The notes under the pieces: generated by a model
Told to the model about the DNA's origin: nothing
Databases searched by the model: none
The model's input: the letters and a program-made list of their open reading frames with translations, nothing else
In this document: piece by piece, positions 1 to 9,059 of the stretch
How the letters are laid out: each line of letters begins with the position of its first letter
Numbering within the stretch: the stretch's first letter is position 1
Position numbers and translations under genes: made by a program
Origin: an uncultured Chloroflexia bacterium
GTDB taxonomy: Bacteria; Chloroflexota; Chloroflexia; Thermomicrobiales; UBA6265
Direction: 5' to 3'
DNA: 64,000 nucleotides
NCBI GenBank assembly: GCA_963741805.1
Contig: CAVUJR010000059.1
Span: forward strand, 9,242 to 73,241

Positions 1-211
1 CGCTTTCCAGAACGCATGGATTACGGAAATGGTTACAGGCATGCCTGCGGTAGCGCCGACCCGCAGTGGCCGACGGTGGGCGACGCCTGCCCAGGCACGA
101 ACCGGTCAGCGCTCCCCGGCGTTCCGGAGCGCGTTGCGCTCCTCCAGCCACGGAGCTACCGGTGATCGCACGCGACCGGGGCCCGGCTCTACGAAGGGGA
201 AAAGCTACCGG

Positions 212-1318
212 CTACCGAAGGGACGAGACGAGGTCGCCAAGGTCGTCGGCGGACGTGCCGACCGGGGGTTGGGCGAGGAAGACGTGCGTGATGCCCATCT
301 CGCGCATGTCCTCGAGGCGGGCGCGGACATCCGCCAGCGGGCCGGCGACAACGAGCTCACGCATGAGGTCGTTCGGGATCGCCCGTTTCGCGGCGGCGAG
401 GTCCCCGGCGCGGCGCAGATCGGCGAATCCCCCACCCTTCGCCAGGACCTCTTCGGTCCGCATCGCGACGCGGACCTCGGCAATAATGCGGTCCACATCG
501 TGGCCCGGGCTCATCAGCAAGCGCTCCATGTGCGGCAGTGCATGGATCATCGCGACGGTCGCCTTGCGCTTCTCGTAGGTCGCTTCCGGGTCATCCGTGA
601 CGAGCACCTGCGCCCGCGCGGCGAAGACGAATCCGGATGAATCGCGCCCGGCCTCCTCCGCGTGACGGCGGACGTCGGCAATCGCCTCGCGCATGAACTG
701 CATGGACGAGAGATCGTTGAAGATGACCCCGTCGGCGTGCTGGCCGGCGATGCGCATGGCGGTCGGGCCAACGGCGGCGAGGTAGATCGGCAGGTGCCCC
801 TGCAGCGGCCGGATGCTTCGCTCCCAGCCCTGCACGGGTAGCTCCGTGGCGCCGTCCGGAGCGCTTGCGCGCATCTCAGGCGACCACCACTGGCGCAGGA
901 GGCCGATCGACTCGACCAGGCGGCGGGTCGGCTTGCCGGTGTCCATGCCCATCGCGATGCGGTACCACTCGTCCTGCCCGCGACCGAAGCCGAGGAACGC
1001 GCGGCCGTCACTCAGCATGTCGAGCGTCGACATCGCCGCGGCGATGAGCGCGGGATGCCGGTAGTACGGGTTCGTGACGCCGGTGCCGAGGCGGATCCGG
1101 TCGGTTTGGCGGGCGATGGCGCCGAGCACGGCGAGCGCGTCCCAGCCGTCGGGATCCTCCAACAGCCACAACGAGTCGATGCCGGCCTGGTCACCGATGC
1201 GGCCGAGCTCGATGGTCCACTCGACGGCGCGGCGAATCGCATTGCGGTCACCCTTGCGCTGGGCAGAGCTCCATGGGCCTGGAGCGGCGTCAAGGCAAAA
1301 GGCGAGAGATGACGGCAT
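212..1318 (-). CDS. LLM-class (luciferase-like) flavin/F420-dependent oxidoreductase
   Basis: Long ORF with a luciferase-like pattern (DSLWLLEDPDGWDALAVLGAIA, RIRLGTGVTNPYYRHP, GRAFLGFGRG). I chose the ATG at 1318 because it abuts the stop of the upstream ORF. Confidence 0.8.
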   Translation of the reverse strand: MPSSLAFCLDAAPGPWSSAQRKGDRNAIRRAVEWTIELGRIGDQAGIDSLWLLEDPDGWDALAVLGAIARQTDRIRLGTGVTNPYYRHPALIAAAMSTLDMLSDGRAFLGFGRGQDEWYRIAMGMDTGKPTRRLVESIGLLRQWWSPEMRASAPDGATELPVQGWERSIRPLQGHLPIYLAAVGPTAMRIAGQHADGVIFNDLSSMQFMREAIADVRRHAEEAGRDSSGFVFAARAQVLVTDDPEATYEKRKATVAMIHALPHMERLLMSPGHDVDRIIAEVRVAMRTEEVLAKGGGFADLRRAGDLAAAKRAIPNDLMRELVVAGPLADVRARLEDMREMGITHVFLAQPPVGTSADDLGDLVSSLR

Positions 1319-1320
1319 AT

Positions 1321-1617
1321 CTACTCCATCCCTCCGTCGACCCAATCGAGGAAGGCGAGCACTTCCTCCCAGCCGTTCCCATCGGCGAGGGCATTCTCGG
1401 AGAGCATCGTGTCGCGAATGTAGCGGCTGAGGGAAAGTCGCAGCTCGGCGCGGGACATGTTCTCGACGGCACGGACGCAGCGACGATGGAGTTCGTAGGC
1501 ATCGTCCTCGTAGCGTTCGCGGGGCGTCATGTTGAAGAGGCGCTCGAGTGCTGCCCAGGTCTCGTGATGATCCATATGCTCCTCCCCCTGCCCGACGATA
1601 CGCCGCCAGTCAGTCAT
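1321..1617 (-). CDS. hypothetical protein (98 aa)
   Basis: ORF whose stop abuts the LLM start. GC3-biased codons. No family recognised. Confidence 0.45.
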   Translation of the reverse strand: MTDWRRIVGQGEEHMDHHETWAALERLFNMTPRERYEDDAYELHRRCVRAVENMSRAELRLSLSRYIRDTMLSENALADGNGWEEVLAFLDWVDGGME

Positions 1618-1744
1618 GACGCATGTCGTCTCGAGCCCTGTGCCCGAGACCTGCCGGGCAGCGGCAGAAAAGGCGCCGAGATCGACCTTCGGCCCCAGAC
1701 CCGGGCAGAGGGCCCCGGTCTACGGGGACGACATCCCCATCAGG

Positions 1745-2335
1745 TTACTGCTCGGTGATCACGAGTGGGCGGCGCTGGTCGCCTTCGGCGCGGAAGAAGC
1801 GCATCAGCATGGTCGTGACGGAATCGAGGTACTTCACGTCGGCGTTATCGAGGCCGGTGACCGGATGGACGTCGCCACTCGGCGCATAGACACCGAGCAT
1901 CTCGTTCAACGTCGTCGTCCGCGCGTAGACGCCGCCTTTGTAGCCCGGGTCGTCGAAGAGGCGCCGGCGCCATTCCAGCGCGCAATACGCATCCGACTCG
2001 AAGCGGAGGAAGAGACCGCCATCCGGCGCGGTGATGGTGCCCGTCGCGCCAGGCGGCATGCCGTTCGGGTCGTCGGTCCATGGTCGGAGGCCCATCGGGT
2101 TGTTGTCTTCCGGCTGGATCAGGATGCCGGTGGTCTTCCACTGGTTCTCGAGCCACGCCTGCGCCCAAAAGAGCGCCGAATGGGGCGACGTGACGAGGTG
2201 CGTGTCCCGGCCGGTCTCGAGCATTGGCGAGCCAACGTCCGCCAGCATCGGCTCGACCACGGCGTACGGCACGTCGCCGATCTTGCGGTAGTCCCGATTG
2301 ATCATCGCGATGTTCGTCATGGCCGCTCCGTCCAT
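1745..2335 (-). CDS. hypothetical protein with possible glucosaminidase-like (GH73/FlgJ-type) peptidoglycan hydrolase domain
   Basis: ALFWAQAWLENQWKTT...NNPMGLRP...FLRFESDAYCALEWRRRLF...VYARTTTLNEML resembles the GH73 pattern (A..ESGWG, NN.FG, F..Y.s, YAtd). The match is from memory only. Confidence 0.4.
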   Translation of the reverse strand: MDGAAMTNIAMINRDYRKIGDVPYAVVEPMLADVGSPMLETGRDTHLVTSPHSALFWAQAWLENQWKTTGILIQPEDNNPMGLRPWTDDPNGMPPGATGTITAPDGGLFLRFESDAYCALEWRRRLFDDPGYKGGVYARTTTLNEMLGVYAPSGDVHPVTGLDNADVKYLDSVTTMLMRFFRAEGDQRRPLVITEQ

Positions 2336-2359
2336 CGCCTCCGGTGCGCAGCGCGTGAG

Positions 2360-2662
2360 CTACGGCTCCCGGAAGTACACGATCCGGCCGCCCTGGCGCT
2401 CGTCGCCGAGACCGACGACGACCCCATCCACTTCCGGGTAGCCCGTCCACGCGTCGCCGCGCTTGGCCGACTCCGCCTGCTCCGGATCGACGAGCTGGGC
2501 ATACATGCCATGTCGGCCGCAGTACCAGACCTGGTCGGCGCCGTCGACGGGGCGCATACGATGGCGGTCGCGCGGGTGGCGCATGCCAACCTCGCAGAGC
2601 GGATTCGGGCCACTGGTCGTTGTCGAAGACATCGTTTGTCGCTTGCTCCCTGATAGAAACAT
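2360..2662 (-). CDS. hypothetical protein (about 90-100 aa, start uncertain)
   Basis: ORF upstream of and co-directional with 1745..2335. No family recognised. Confidence 0.35.
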   Translation of the reverse strand: MFLSGSKRQTMSSTTTSGPNPLCEVGMRHPRDRHRMRPVDGADQVWYCGRHGMYAQLVDPEQAESAKRGDAWTGYPEVDGVVVGLGDERQGGRIVYFREP

Positions 2663-2789
2663 CGTCTCTCGGCTCAGTATACGCAGAACCCCGGCCAGCC
2701 CTTACTGATCGCCTTGCCCGGGCAGCGTGGTGGACGGATACTGGGATCAGGGCACGATCGGTATCGCCATGGCGTCGAAGGAGACCCTC

Positions 2790-3164
2790 ATGCGCTACAG
2801 ATTTTCCTTTAATATCCCCAGCCGCGTCATTTTCACACTTCTCGGTGCCGGACCGTCCCAGTCATGGATCGATGTGCGCCCGGACGAAATCCACGGCCAG
2901 CTGGGCTGGACCGGGAGCGTCACGATCCCTCGGGTCAGCGTGCTCACCGCCGAACGGGTTAACCATGTGCCGTGGTGGCTCGGGTTCGGGTTGCATGGCT
3001 TCATGGGGACCTGGGCGTTCAACGCGGCGATGGGCAACGCGGTGAAGCTGACGCTGCGAGACGGCGCGCGGGGCCGGGTACTCATCTTCCCGATGCGCCC
3101 GAAAACGTTGTACCTCAGCCTGGAGAAACCGGACGAGTTCATCCACGAGCTCACCCGCGATTAG
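2790..3164 (+). CDS. hypothetical protein (124 aa)
   Basis: ATG at 2790 lies 6 nt downstream of an AAGGAG Shine-Dalgarno. The ORF runs to 3164. Confidence 0.5.
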   Translation: MRYRFSFNIPSRVIFTLLGAGPSQSWIDVRPDEIHGQLGWTGSVTIPRVSVLTAERVNHVPWWLGFGLHGFMGTWAFNAAMGNAVKLTLRDGARGRVLIFPMRPKTLYLSLEKPDEFIHELTRD

Positions 3165-3248
3165 GGGCGTCGTCGCGGCATGGCTTCTGCGGCGAATGGG
3201 GGCACGACGTTCCGCATCCATGCCGACATTGCCGGAAAGGACCGCTCC

Positions 3249-3914
3249 ATGTCCCGTCACTTGAGCCGCCGCACCCTGCTCGCTTCAACCGCCCTTTCGG
3301 CGGTAGCGCTGCCCGGCATCGCCGTCGCGCAGTCCACCCCGACCGCATCGGGGACGCCACCAATGAGCGAGTCGACGTCCGTCCGGAGCCGGAACCCGTA
3401 CGAGTTCCTCTCGGAGCTTCCCCGCTTCGACGTGACGAGCGACGATGTCGCCGAGGGCGAGGCATTGCCGACGCCGCAGATGAGCGGGCTCTTCGGGGCA
3501 GGGGGTGAAGATTCATCGCCGCATCTCGCCTGGAGCGGACAACCGGAGGGCGTCGCCAGCTACGTCGTCACCATGTACGACCCGGACGCCCCGACGCCGA
3601 GCGGATTCTGGCACTGGGCGGTGATGAACATCCCCGGCGACACGACTGAGTTGGCCTCCGGGGCCAGCACGCCCGATGGATCGAGCCTGCCGGATGGCTC
3701 TGTCGAGCTCCGGAACGATGCTGGCGTGACGCACTTTGTTGGCGCCGCTCCGCCACCGGGCCCGGCGCACCGCTACTTTATCGCGGTACTCGCGCTCGAT
3801 GTGCCGGAACTGGAGGTTTCTCCAGACGCGTCTCCGGCACTGATGAGCTTCATGACGCTGGGCCACATCCTTGGCTACGGCCTGATCATCCCGACCGCAT
3901 CGACCGAGGGGTAA
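3249..3914 (+). CDS. YbhB/YbcL family Raf-kinase-inhibitor-like (PEBP) protein, Tat-secreted
   Basis: N-terminal SRRTLLASTALSAVALPGIAVAQ twin-arginine signal. PEBP motifs YVVTMYDPDAPTPSGFWHW and HRYFIAVLALD. Confidence 0.85.
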   Translation: MSRHLSRRTLLASTALSAVALPGIAVAQSTPTASGTPPMSESTSVRSRNPYEFLSELPRFDVTSDDVAEGEALPTPQMSGLFGAGGEDSSPHLAWSGQPEGVASYVVTMYDPDAPTPSGFWHWAVMNIPGDTTELASGASTPDGSSLPDGSVELRNDAGVTHFVGAAPPPGPAHRYFIAVLALDVPELEVSPDASPALMSFMTLGHILGYGLIIPTASTEG

Positions 3915-4092
3915 CGCGAAAGGTCCGGTACCCTTTCCGCCACTAATGGAATCGCTCCGGTAGCGTCAACCACTCCGGATCGGCGGCGGGCATGGCACGC
4001 ATTGGCTCGCACTCTCGGCCATCACAGGGCCGGGGCTACTGGCATGTCCTCGCGAATACCATTCGGTGAGTGACACGCGCATATCGACCTCC

Positions 4093-4172
4093 GTTCGAGG
4101 GGTCGCTCCCGCTTTGGCTCCGCTGCGCAGAGCCACCCGGTGCGTCGCACATTGCAGTGCGACGCACCTACG
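4093..4172. repeat. REP-like element (CGCAGAGCCACCCGG + hairpin GTGCGTCGCAC-ATTGCA-GTGCGACGCAC + CTACG)
   Basis: Perfect 11-bp stem at 4140..4167. Related copies at 20190..20335 and 38418..38446. Confidence 0.7.
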
Positions 4173-4925
4173 TCACTCTTCCTGGATGGCGGTGCGGTAG
4201 GCGCTCCGTGCGGCGTCAAGCCACGTTTCCTCGTTGACGCCACGGTCGACGGCGCTCCGGGCAAGCGAAGCGAGCGCGGACTGCATATCCTGCGGCAGCG
4301 ATCCGTCCTCTTCGGCCTCCTGGGACGCTTCTCCCAAGGTCTCCTGCTGTGCGGCGGCGTCGACCATCGCCTTCGTGAGCTTCCCGGCTCGCTCGTAGGC
4401 GTCGCCGAGGTCCCCCTGGATGCGAGGATCCAGCTTGGCGGCGGCGAGCGCGACGGTGGGCGTAATCTGCCCCTCGGCGAGACCGATGAAGAGGCGGCGT
4501 TCGAGACGGGAGAGGGTCTCGCGCGTCCCGATCGTAGAGCTCGTCATGCCGGTCAGCTCGGGAAGCTTGCGGCGGTCGACGCCGGACCGTTCCAGCGCGC
4601 GCAAGGCCCACAGCTCGGTCACGTAATTGCCGGCGCGGAACTGGTTCGTCAGGAGCGTGAGCTGGGCTGCGTCGGCCTCGGTCGCCTCGGCAATGACCCG
4701 CGCCGGCACGATGTCGACCTCGGCCTCCCGGGCGGAGGCAACGCGCCGGTTGCCGTCAACGATGCCGTAGGCCAGCTCTCCTTCTTCACTAACGATCTCA
4801 CGCAGGATCACCGGGACCACAACGCCATGGCGACGCACGCTCTCGACCAACCTGTCCGACGGGCGCGGACCAACGGTGTGCTCGATCTCCGCCACCGGCA
4901 CATCACGACTGATGAGCTCAACCAC
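4173..4925 (-). CDS. ParB/Srx-fold N-terminal domain protein (ParB-like paralogue 2)
   Basis: HGVVVPVILREIV..GIVDGNRRVASAR (ParB GxxRxxA box) followed by an HTH-like region. The GTG start overlaps the upstream stop by 8 nt. Confidence 0.8.
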   Translation of the reverse strand: MVELISRDVPVAEIEHTVGPRPSDRLVESVRRHGVVVPVILREIVSEEGELAYGIVDGNRRVASAREAEVDIVPARVIAEATEADAAQLTLLTNQFRAGNYVTELWALRALERSGVDRRKLPELTGMTSSTIGTRETLSRLERRLFIGLAEGQITPTVALAAAKLDPRIQGDLGDAYERAGKLTKAMVDAAAQQETLGEASQEAEEDGSLPQDMQSALASLARSAVDRGVNEETWLDAARSAYRTAIQEE

Positions 4926-5895
4926 TGACCGCTCCCCTTGTAGCTTTCATCGTGGACTCCGCGTGCCGATATGCAATCGTCAGGGTCTCAACGAGAACTT
5001 CGAGCTTTATTCCTCGAGAGGAGGCCATCCGCGCTATCTCCTCGACCGCGTGCTCAACATCTTGTCCCAAGCCATCGGCCGGCGACGCATCCTGATGCGG
5101 GGCCGGGACGGCCAGGATCGTCGTACGCTCTTCGCGTTCCCCGGTAGGCGTGTATGTAGACGAGCTCGTCTGTTCAAGCGACGCCACCGTCGGGCATTGT
5201 GATAGTGCCACAGGGCTCGTCGCCAATCGCGGATCGCCAGATGTCTGTTGAGAAACCGGCCGGGCACCGGGGCCAACCGGGAAATCATTGGTAGACATCG
5301 ATCGCGCCGATCTGCGCGGCCCCGCCACGCGCTCGACATCCGCTGTCAGCACGCGCCCCGTCCGCGAAAAGAGATCGCCCAACTGCCGCTGTCGATCAGG
5401 GGACATTCGGGAAATCCTGTTCGCAACCGTCGCCGCAATCTTTCCCTCCGCGAAGCCCACAAATACCCTGCGATCAAGCGTCGACCAGCGGTTACGGCTC
5501 TCCAGATACTTCGCACTGATGCCTGCGTCATCCGCGATACAACTGCGGGATTGGCCGGAGCGCTCAAGGTGCTTGATCGCCCAGAACTCAGTGATGTCGT
5601 TGGCGGAGCGAAAGTTGTTGGCCGTGAGTGTCAACCGCGCAGCTTCGTCGGAACTGATATCCGTAAGGACCCGCGCCGGGACATCGGCATGGCTAAGGTG
5701 ACGAGCGGCCGCAACCCGGCGATTCCCGTCGATGATGCCGAACTGCAACTCCCCGTCGTCGGACACAACCTCCCGAAGCAGCACCGGCACCACGATTCCA
5801 TGGCGGCCCACGTTATCCATAAAGCGTTCTACCGGACTGGGGCCTACAGTCTTCCCGATCCGCGACAAAGGAACACGGCAATCCACGATCTCCAT
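4918..5895 (-). CDS. ParB/Srx-fold N-terminal domain protein (ParB-like paralogue 1)
   Basis: MEIVDC..HGIVVPVLLREVV..GIIDGNRRVAAAR aligns along its length with the downstream paralogue. A GGGGAGAG RBS precedes the ATG at 5895. Confidence 0.8.
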   Translation of the reverse strand: MEIVDCRVPLSRIGKTVGPSPVERFMDNVGRHGIVVPVLLREVVSDDGELQFGIIDGNRRVAAARHLSHADVPARVLTDISSDEAARLTLTANNFRSANDITEFWAIKHLERSGQSRSCIADDAGISAKYLESRNRWSTLDRRVFVGFAEGKIAATVANRISRMSPDRQRQLGDLFSRTGRVLTADVERVAGPRRSARSMSTNDFPVGPGARPVSQQTSGDPRLATSPVALSQCPTVASLEQTSSSTYTPTGEREERTTILAVPAPHQDASPADGLGQDVEHAVEEIARMASSRGIKLEVLVETLTIAYRHAESTMKATRGAVSG

Positions 5896-5951
5896 GAATG
5901 CTCTCCCCTGTTCTTTTTGCCAGTCGCCACAAGACGATCCTAACATGATCG

Positions 5952-5963
5952 GAACAAATGTTC
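5952..5963. promoter_or_regulatory. LexA/Cheo-box-like palindrome GAACAAATGTTC in the divergent promoter region
   Basis: Perfect GAAC-N4-GTTC adjacent to TATACA/TATAGA -10-like hexamers. It lies 57-68 nt upstream of the ParB-like start. Confidence 0.45.
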
Positions 5964-6070
5964 TATACATAACCAGGCGTAATTTGTTTAGGATCGGCTC
6001 TGCTAGACTCGCGCTACGGGCTGGCTCCCCATCGTCCTTGTCGGTCTTCTTTCCTTAGAAGGAGTCCTCT

Positions 6071-6667
6071 ATGAACGCCACCCTCTCCCGCCGCGCGTTC
6101 AGCGCGGGCCTCGCCCTTGGCCTTCCGGCCTCCTTACTCGGGACCACCGTCACCGGGCAATCGATCCTCGACCCCAACGGCACCGGCCTGGACCTCGAAA
6201 GCGCCCTGCTGCGCGTCTCACCGCACTACCTGCGTGATCTCCTGCTTTCCGCCCCGTTCACGGACGGCTCTACCTCCCGCCGCTGGGCGGATGTCGGCGA
6301 CACACCGTACTTCACCTCCGTCGGCGGGATATCCGTGCTCCGCGCCGGGTCAGACGTCGAGCTCGGCGCCTACAGCGTCTATCTCGCGCCCGCTGGCAGC
6401 CGCGCCGGGTCATATCTCGGCAAGCGCGCCCTGGAAGACACGACATCCGAGATCGTGGCGCGCGATATCGGCGGCTACACAGCCGACGTGCTGGTCTACA
6501 CCGACAGCGAGGACCGCGCATTGGCGCAAGTTACGATCGGGAACGTGATGGTGCTGGGGTACGACGTCGACGAGGCCGGCGCCTCGACAGCAGACGTTGA
6601 GCAGGCCGCCGCCAACGCCGACGTGCTCGTGGCGCATCTCCGCCAGCTGTTCGCGACAACCCGCTAG
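6071..6667 (+). CDS. secreted hypothetical protein
   Basis: AGGAG RBS and an N-terminal SRRAFSAGLALGLPASLLG signal-like segment. No family recognised. Confidence 0.6.
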   Translation: MNATLSRRAFSAGLALGLPASLLGTTVTGQSILDPNGTGLDLESALLRVSPHYLRDLLLSAPFTDGSTSRRWADVGDTPYFTSVGGISVLRAGSDVELGAYSVYLAPAGSRAGSYLGKRALEDTTSEIVARDIGGYTADVLVYTDSEDRALAQVTIGNVMVLGYDVDEAGASTADVEQAAANADVLVAHLRQLFATTR

Positions 6668-6874
6668 TCCCTGCCGCCGCCCCAGGCGAACTCCTGACGC
6701 AGCGCATGTCACGCGCGGACGCCCTTCGCGTCGCGTGATGCCGGCATGCGCGCCGTTATCCGGCCCTGACGCCGTTGCGGGATTCCGGATATCCCCTACA
6801 ATGCTCCCTGGCGCTAGCCTCAGTTTGGGGACAGCGCGTCGATATTTCGCCTGCTCCCTGGATCGATCTCCTCC

Positions 6875-7537
6875 ATGAAACGCTACGCGATCGTCGCGGC
6901 GGTCATCGCCGTCCTCATCCTGGTCAGCTTCGTCGTCGTCGAGGCGCTGGGCATCCGCTTGCTCACCGATCCGTCGGAGGACATCCGGGCCGGAGGATGG
7001 CTGGCAGCGGCGATCGGTGGCGGTCTGCTGTTAGCGGACGTGTTCATCCCGATCCCGTCGAGCGTGGTCATGATCGCCCATGGCGCGGCGTTCGGCGTGC
7101 TCGGCGGCTTCCTGTTGTCGCTCGCGGCGAGCGTCGGCGGGGCGATGATCGGCTGGTGGGTCGGTCACCGGGGGAGCCGGGTGATGGACCGTGTCGTCAG
7201 CCCGGAGGAGAAGCGGCAGGCGAACGCGTTCATCCGGCGCTACGGACTTCTGGCGATTATCATCTCGCGCCTGTTGCCGATCGTTGCCGAAACGGTCTCG
7301 ATCATGTCCGGCACGACCGACATCGGCTGGCGGCGCGTGCTCGTCGCGACCACGATCGGGGCGATCCCGCCGGCGCTGATCTACGCGGTCGCCGGATCGG
7401 CGACGACCGACTTCGCCAGCGGCGCGCTGGTCACGGTCGGGGTCGTGCTCGTTGCCGGCATCGCCTGGCTTATCGGGCGGCGCCTGATGCCGGAAGAGCC
7501 CGCTGAAGGCGACACCGCTCCGGCTCTCGATTCATAG
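6875..7537 (+). CDS. DedA / VTT-domain (TVP38/TMEM64) family membrane protein
   Basis: Multi-TM protein with FIPIPSSVVMIAHGAAFG and RLLPIV..VSIMSGTT motifs typical of SNARE-associated/DedA proteins. Confidence 0.8.
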   Translation: MKRYAIVAAVIAVLILVSFVVVEALGIRLLTDPSEDIRAGGWLAAAIGGGLLLADVFIPIPSSVVMIAHGAAFGVLGGFLLSLAASVGGAMIGWWVGHRGSRVMDRVVSPEEKRQANAFIRRYGLLAIIISRLLPIVAETVSIMSGTTDIGWRRVLVATTIGAIPPALIYAVAGSATTDFASGALVTVGVVLVAGIAWLIGRRLMPEEPAEGDTAPALDS

Positions 7538-7564
7538 TTTTCGCACCACACGAAAGGTCATTGC

Positions 7565-8878
7565 ATGTCCTGGGAACAGGGTTACTCCCGGTCCGAGCTC
7601 GGACCGGTTACCAGCGTCGCGACCGGATTCGACTTCCCCTCCAGCCTCGCGTTCGACCATACGGGCAACGCCTACGTCGGCGAGACGGGCATCGGGTTCG
7701 CGAAGACGCCCCGCGGCGGACGCGTCTGGAAGGTCACGTCTGACGGCGTGCGCTCGCAGCTGGCCGACGGCTTCGGCCTGATCACCGGCCTTGTGTTCCA
7801 CGACGGCTCGCTCTGGGTCTCGCAGGGGTCCGGACGGATCGACCGACTGGAGCTCGATGGCACGGTCACGAACGTGCTCGACAACCTGCCGACCGGCGGC
7901 AATTACCACACCGGCGAGGTTGCCTTCGGCCCGGACGGCAAGATGTATTGGGGCCAGGGCTCGATGACCAATATGGGCATCGTCGGACTCGACGCGTTGA
8001 TCATGGGGTGGCTGAAGAAGCTCCCGCACAGCGTCGACATCCCCGGATACGACATCGAGCTGAACGAGGTGCGGGTGGAGACGCGCGACCCGTTCACCAT
8101 CGATGACCCGGATGCGACGATCGAGACCGGCCCGTACACGCAGATCGGCGAGGTCCTGCCGCAGGGGACACGCATCGCCGGGCAGGTACCGGCAACGGCG
8201 GCGATCCATCGCGCGAACCCGGACGGCACCGGGATGGAGCTGGTCGCCTGGGGCGTGCGGAACGCCTTCGGGCTGCGCTTCCTGCCGGACGGCCGCCTGC
8301 TGGCGATGGACCAGGGGCCGGACGATCGCGGAAGTCGTCCGATCGGCAACGTGCCGGACTACCTCTGGGAGATCAAGCCGGGCGCCTGGTACGGCTGGCC
8401 AGACTTCATGGGCGGCATCCCGGTGACGGACGAGCGCTGGAAACCCGAAACCGGCGAGCACCCGACGTTCATCCTCGCCAACCACGACGACCTGCCGGAG
8501 CCGGAGAAGCCGTTGGTGGCCTTCTACACCCACACGGCGGCGACCAAGTTCGACGTGGACCCGCGCTCGAACGGCAGCGTACTGGCGGCGGCGCTGTTCG
8601 GTGACGAGACGCCGATGACGGCCGCGCCGGGCTTTCCGACGGTCGGTCGCGCCCTCGTCCTGATCCGCACGAGCGACTGGACGCAACATGTGCTGCTGAC
8701 GGACGAGATGAAGCGGCCGATCGATGTGCGCTTCAACCCCGTCGACGGCTCGCTATGGGTGCTCGACTTCGGTGACTTCGAGATGGAGCACCGGCACTCG
8801 GGCGTCGAGGTTGTCGCTGAGCCCGGCTCCGGCACGATCTGGCGGGTCGAGAACCGCCCGGAGTTCCCGGCAGAGTAA
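7565..8878 (+). CDS. PQQ-dependent sugar (glucose/sorbosone) dehydrogenase-like beta-propeller protein
   Basis: FPSSLAFDHTGNAYVGE and AWGVRNAFGLRFLPDGRLLAMDQGPD motifs of the sorbosone dehydrogenase family. Confidence 0.8.
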   Translation: MSWEQGYSRSELGPVTSVATGFDFPSSLAFDHTGNAYVGETGIGFAKTPRGGRVWKVTSDGVRSQLADGFGLITGLVFHDGSLWVSQGSGRIDRLELDGTVTNVLDNLPTGGNYHTGEVAFGPDGKMYWGQGSMTNMGIVGLDALIMGWLKKLPHSVDIPGYDIELNEVRVETRDPFTIDDPDATIETGPYTQIGEVLPQGTRIAGQVPATAAIHRANPDGTGMELVAWGVRNAFGLRFLPDGRLLAMDQGPDDRGSRPIGNVPDYLWEIKPGAWYGWPDFMGGIPVTDERWKPETGEHPTFILANHDDLPEPEKPLVAFYTHTAATKFDVDPRSNGSVLAAALFGDETPMTAAPGFPTVGRALVLIRTSDWTQHVLLTDEMKRPIDVRFNPVDGSLWVLDFGDFEMEHRHSGVEVVAEPGSGTIWRVENRPEFPAE

Positions 8879-9059
8879 GGCGTCCTCCTTCGAAACCCCA
8901 CAAGCGACCGGCCGGCCCCTAACCCGGGCGGTCGCTCCGTTTCCGGCAGACCGGCCCCTGTGTTGCCACGGTGCGGAACTTGCCATAGGGTAAGCAACAT
9001 ACCGGCGCATTGTTAACGCGCCCTCTTCCCTCCGGGACAGCCGCCAACACAGGTTTCGC

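Noticed and set aside
29-640. 203-aa plus-strand ORF at the window start
   Set aside because: It is antisense to the LLM oxidoreductase gene, which has clear family motifs.
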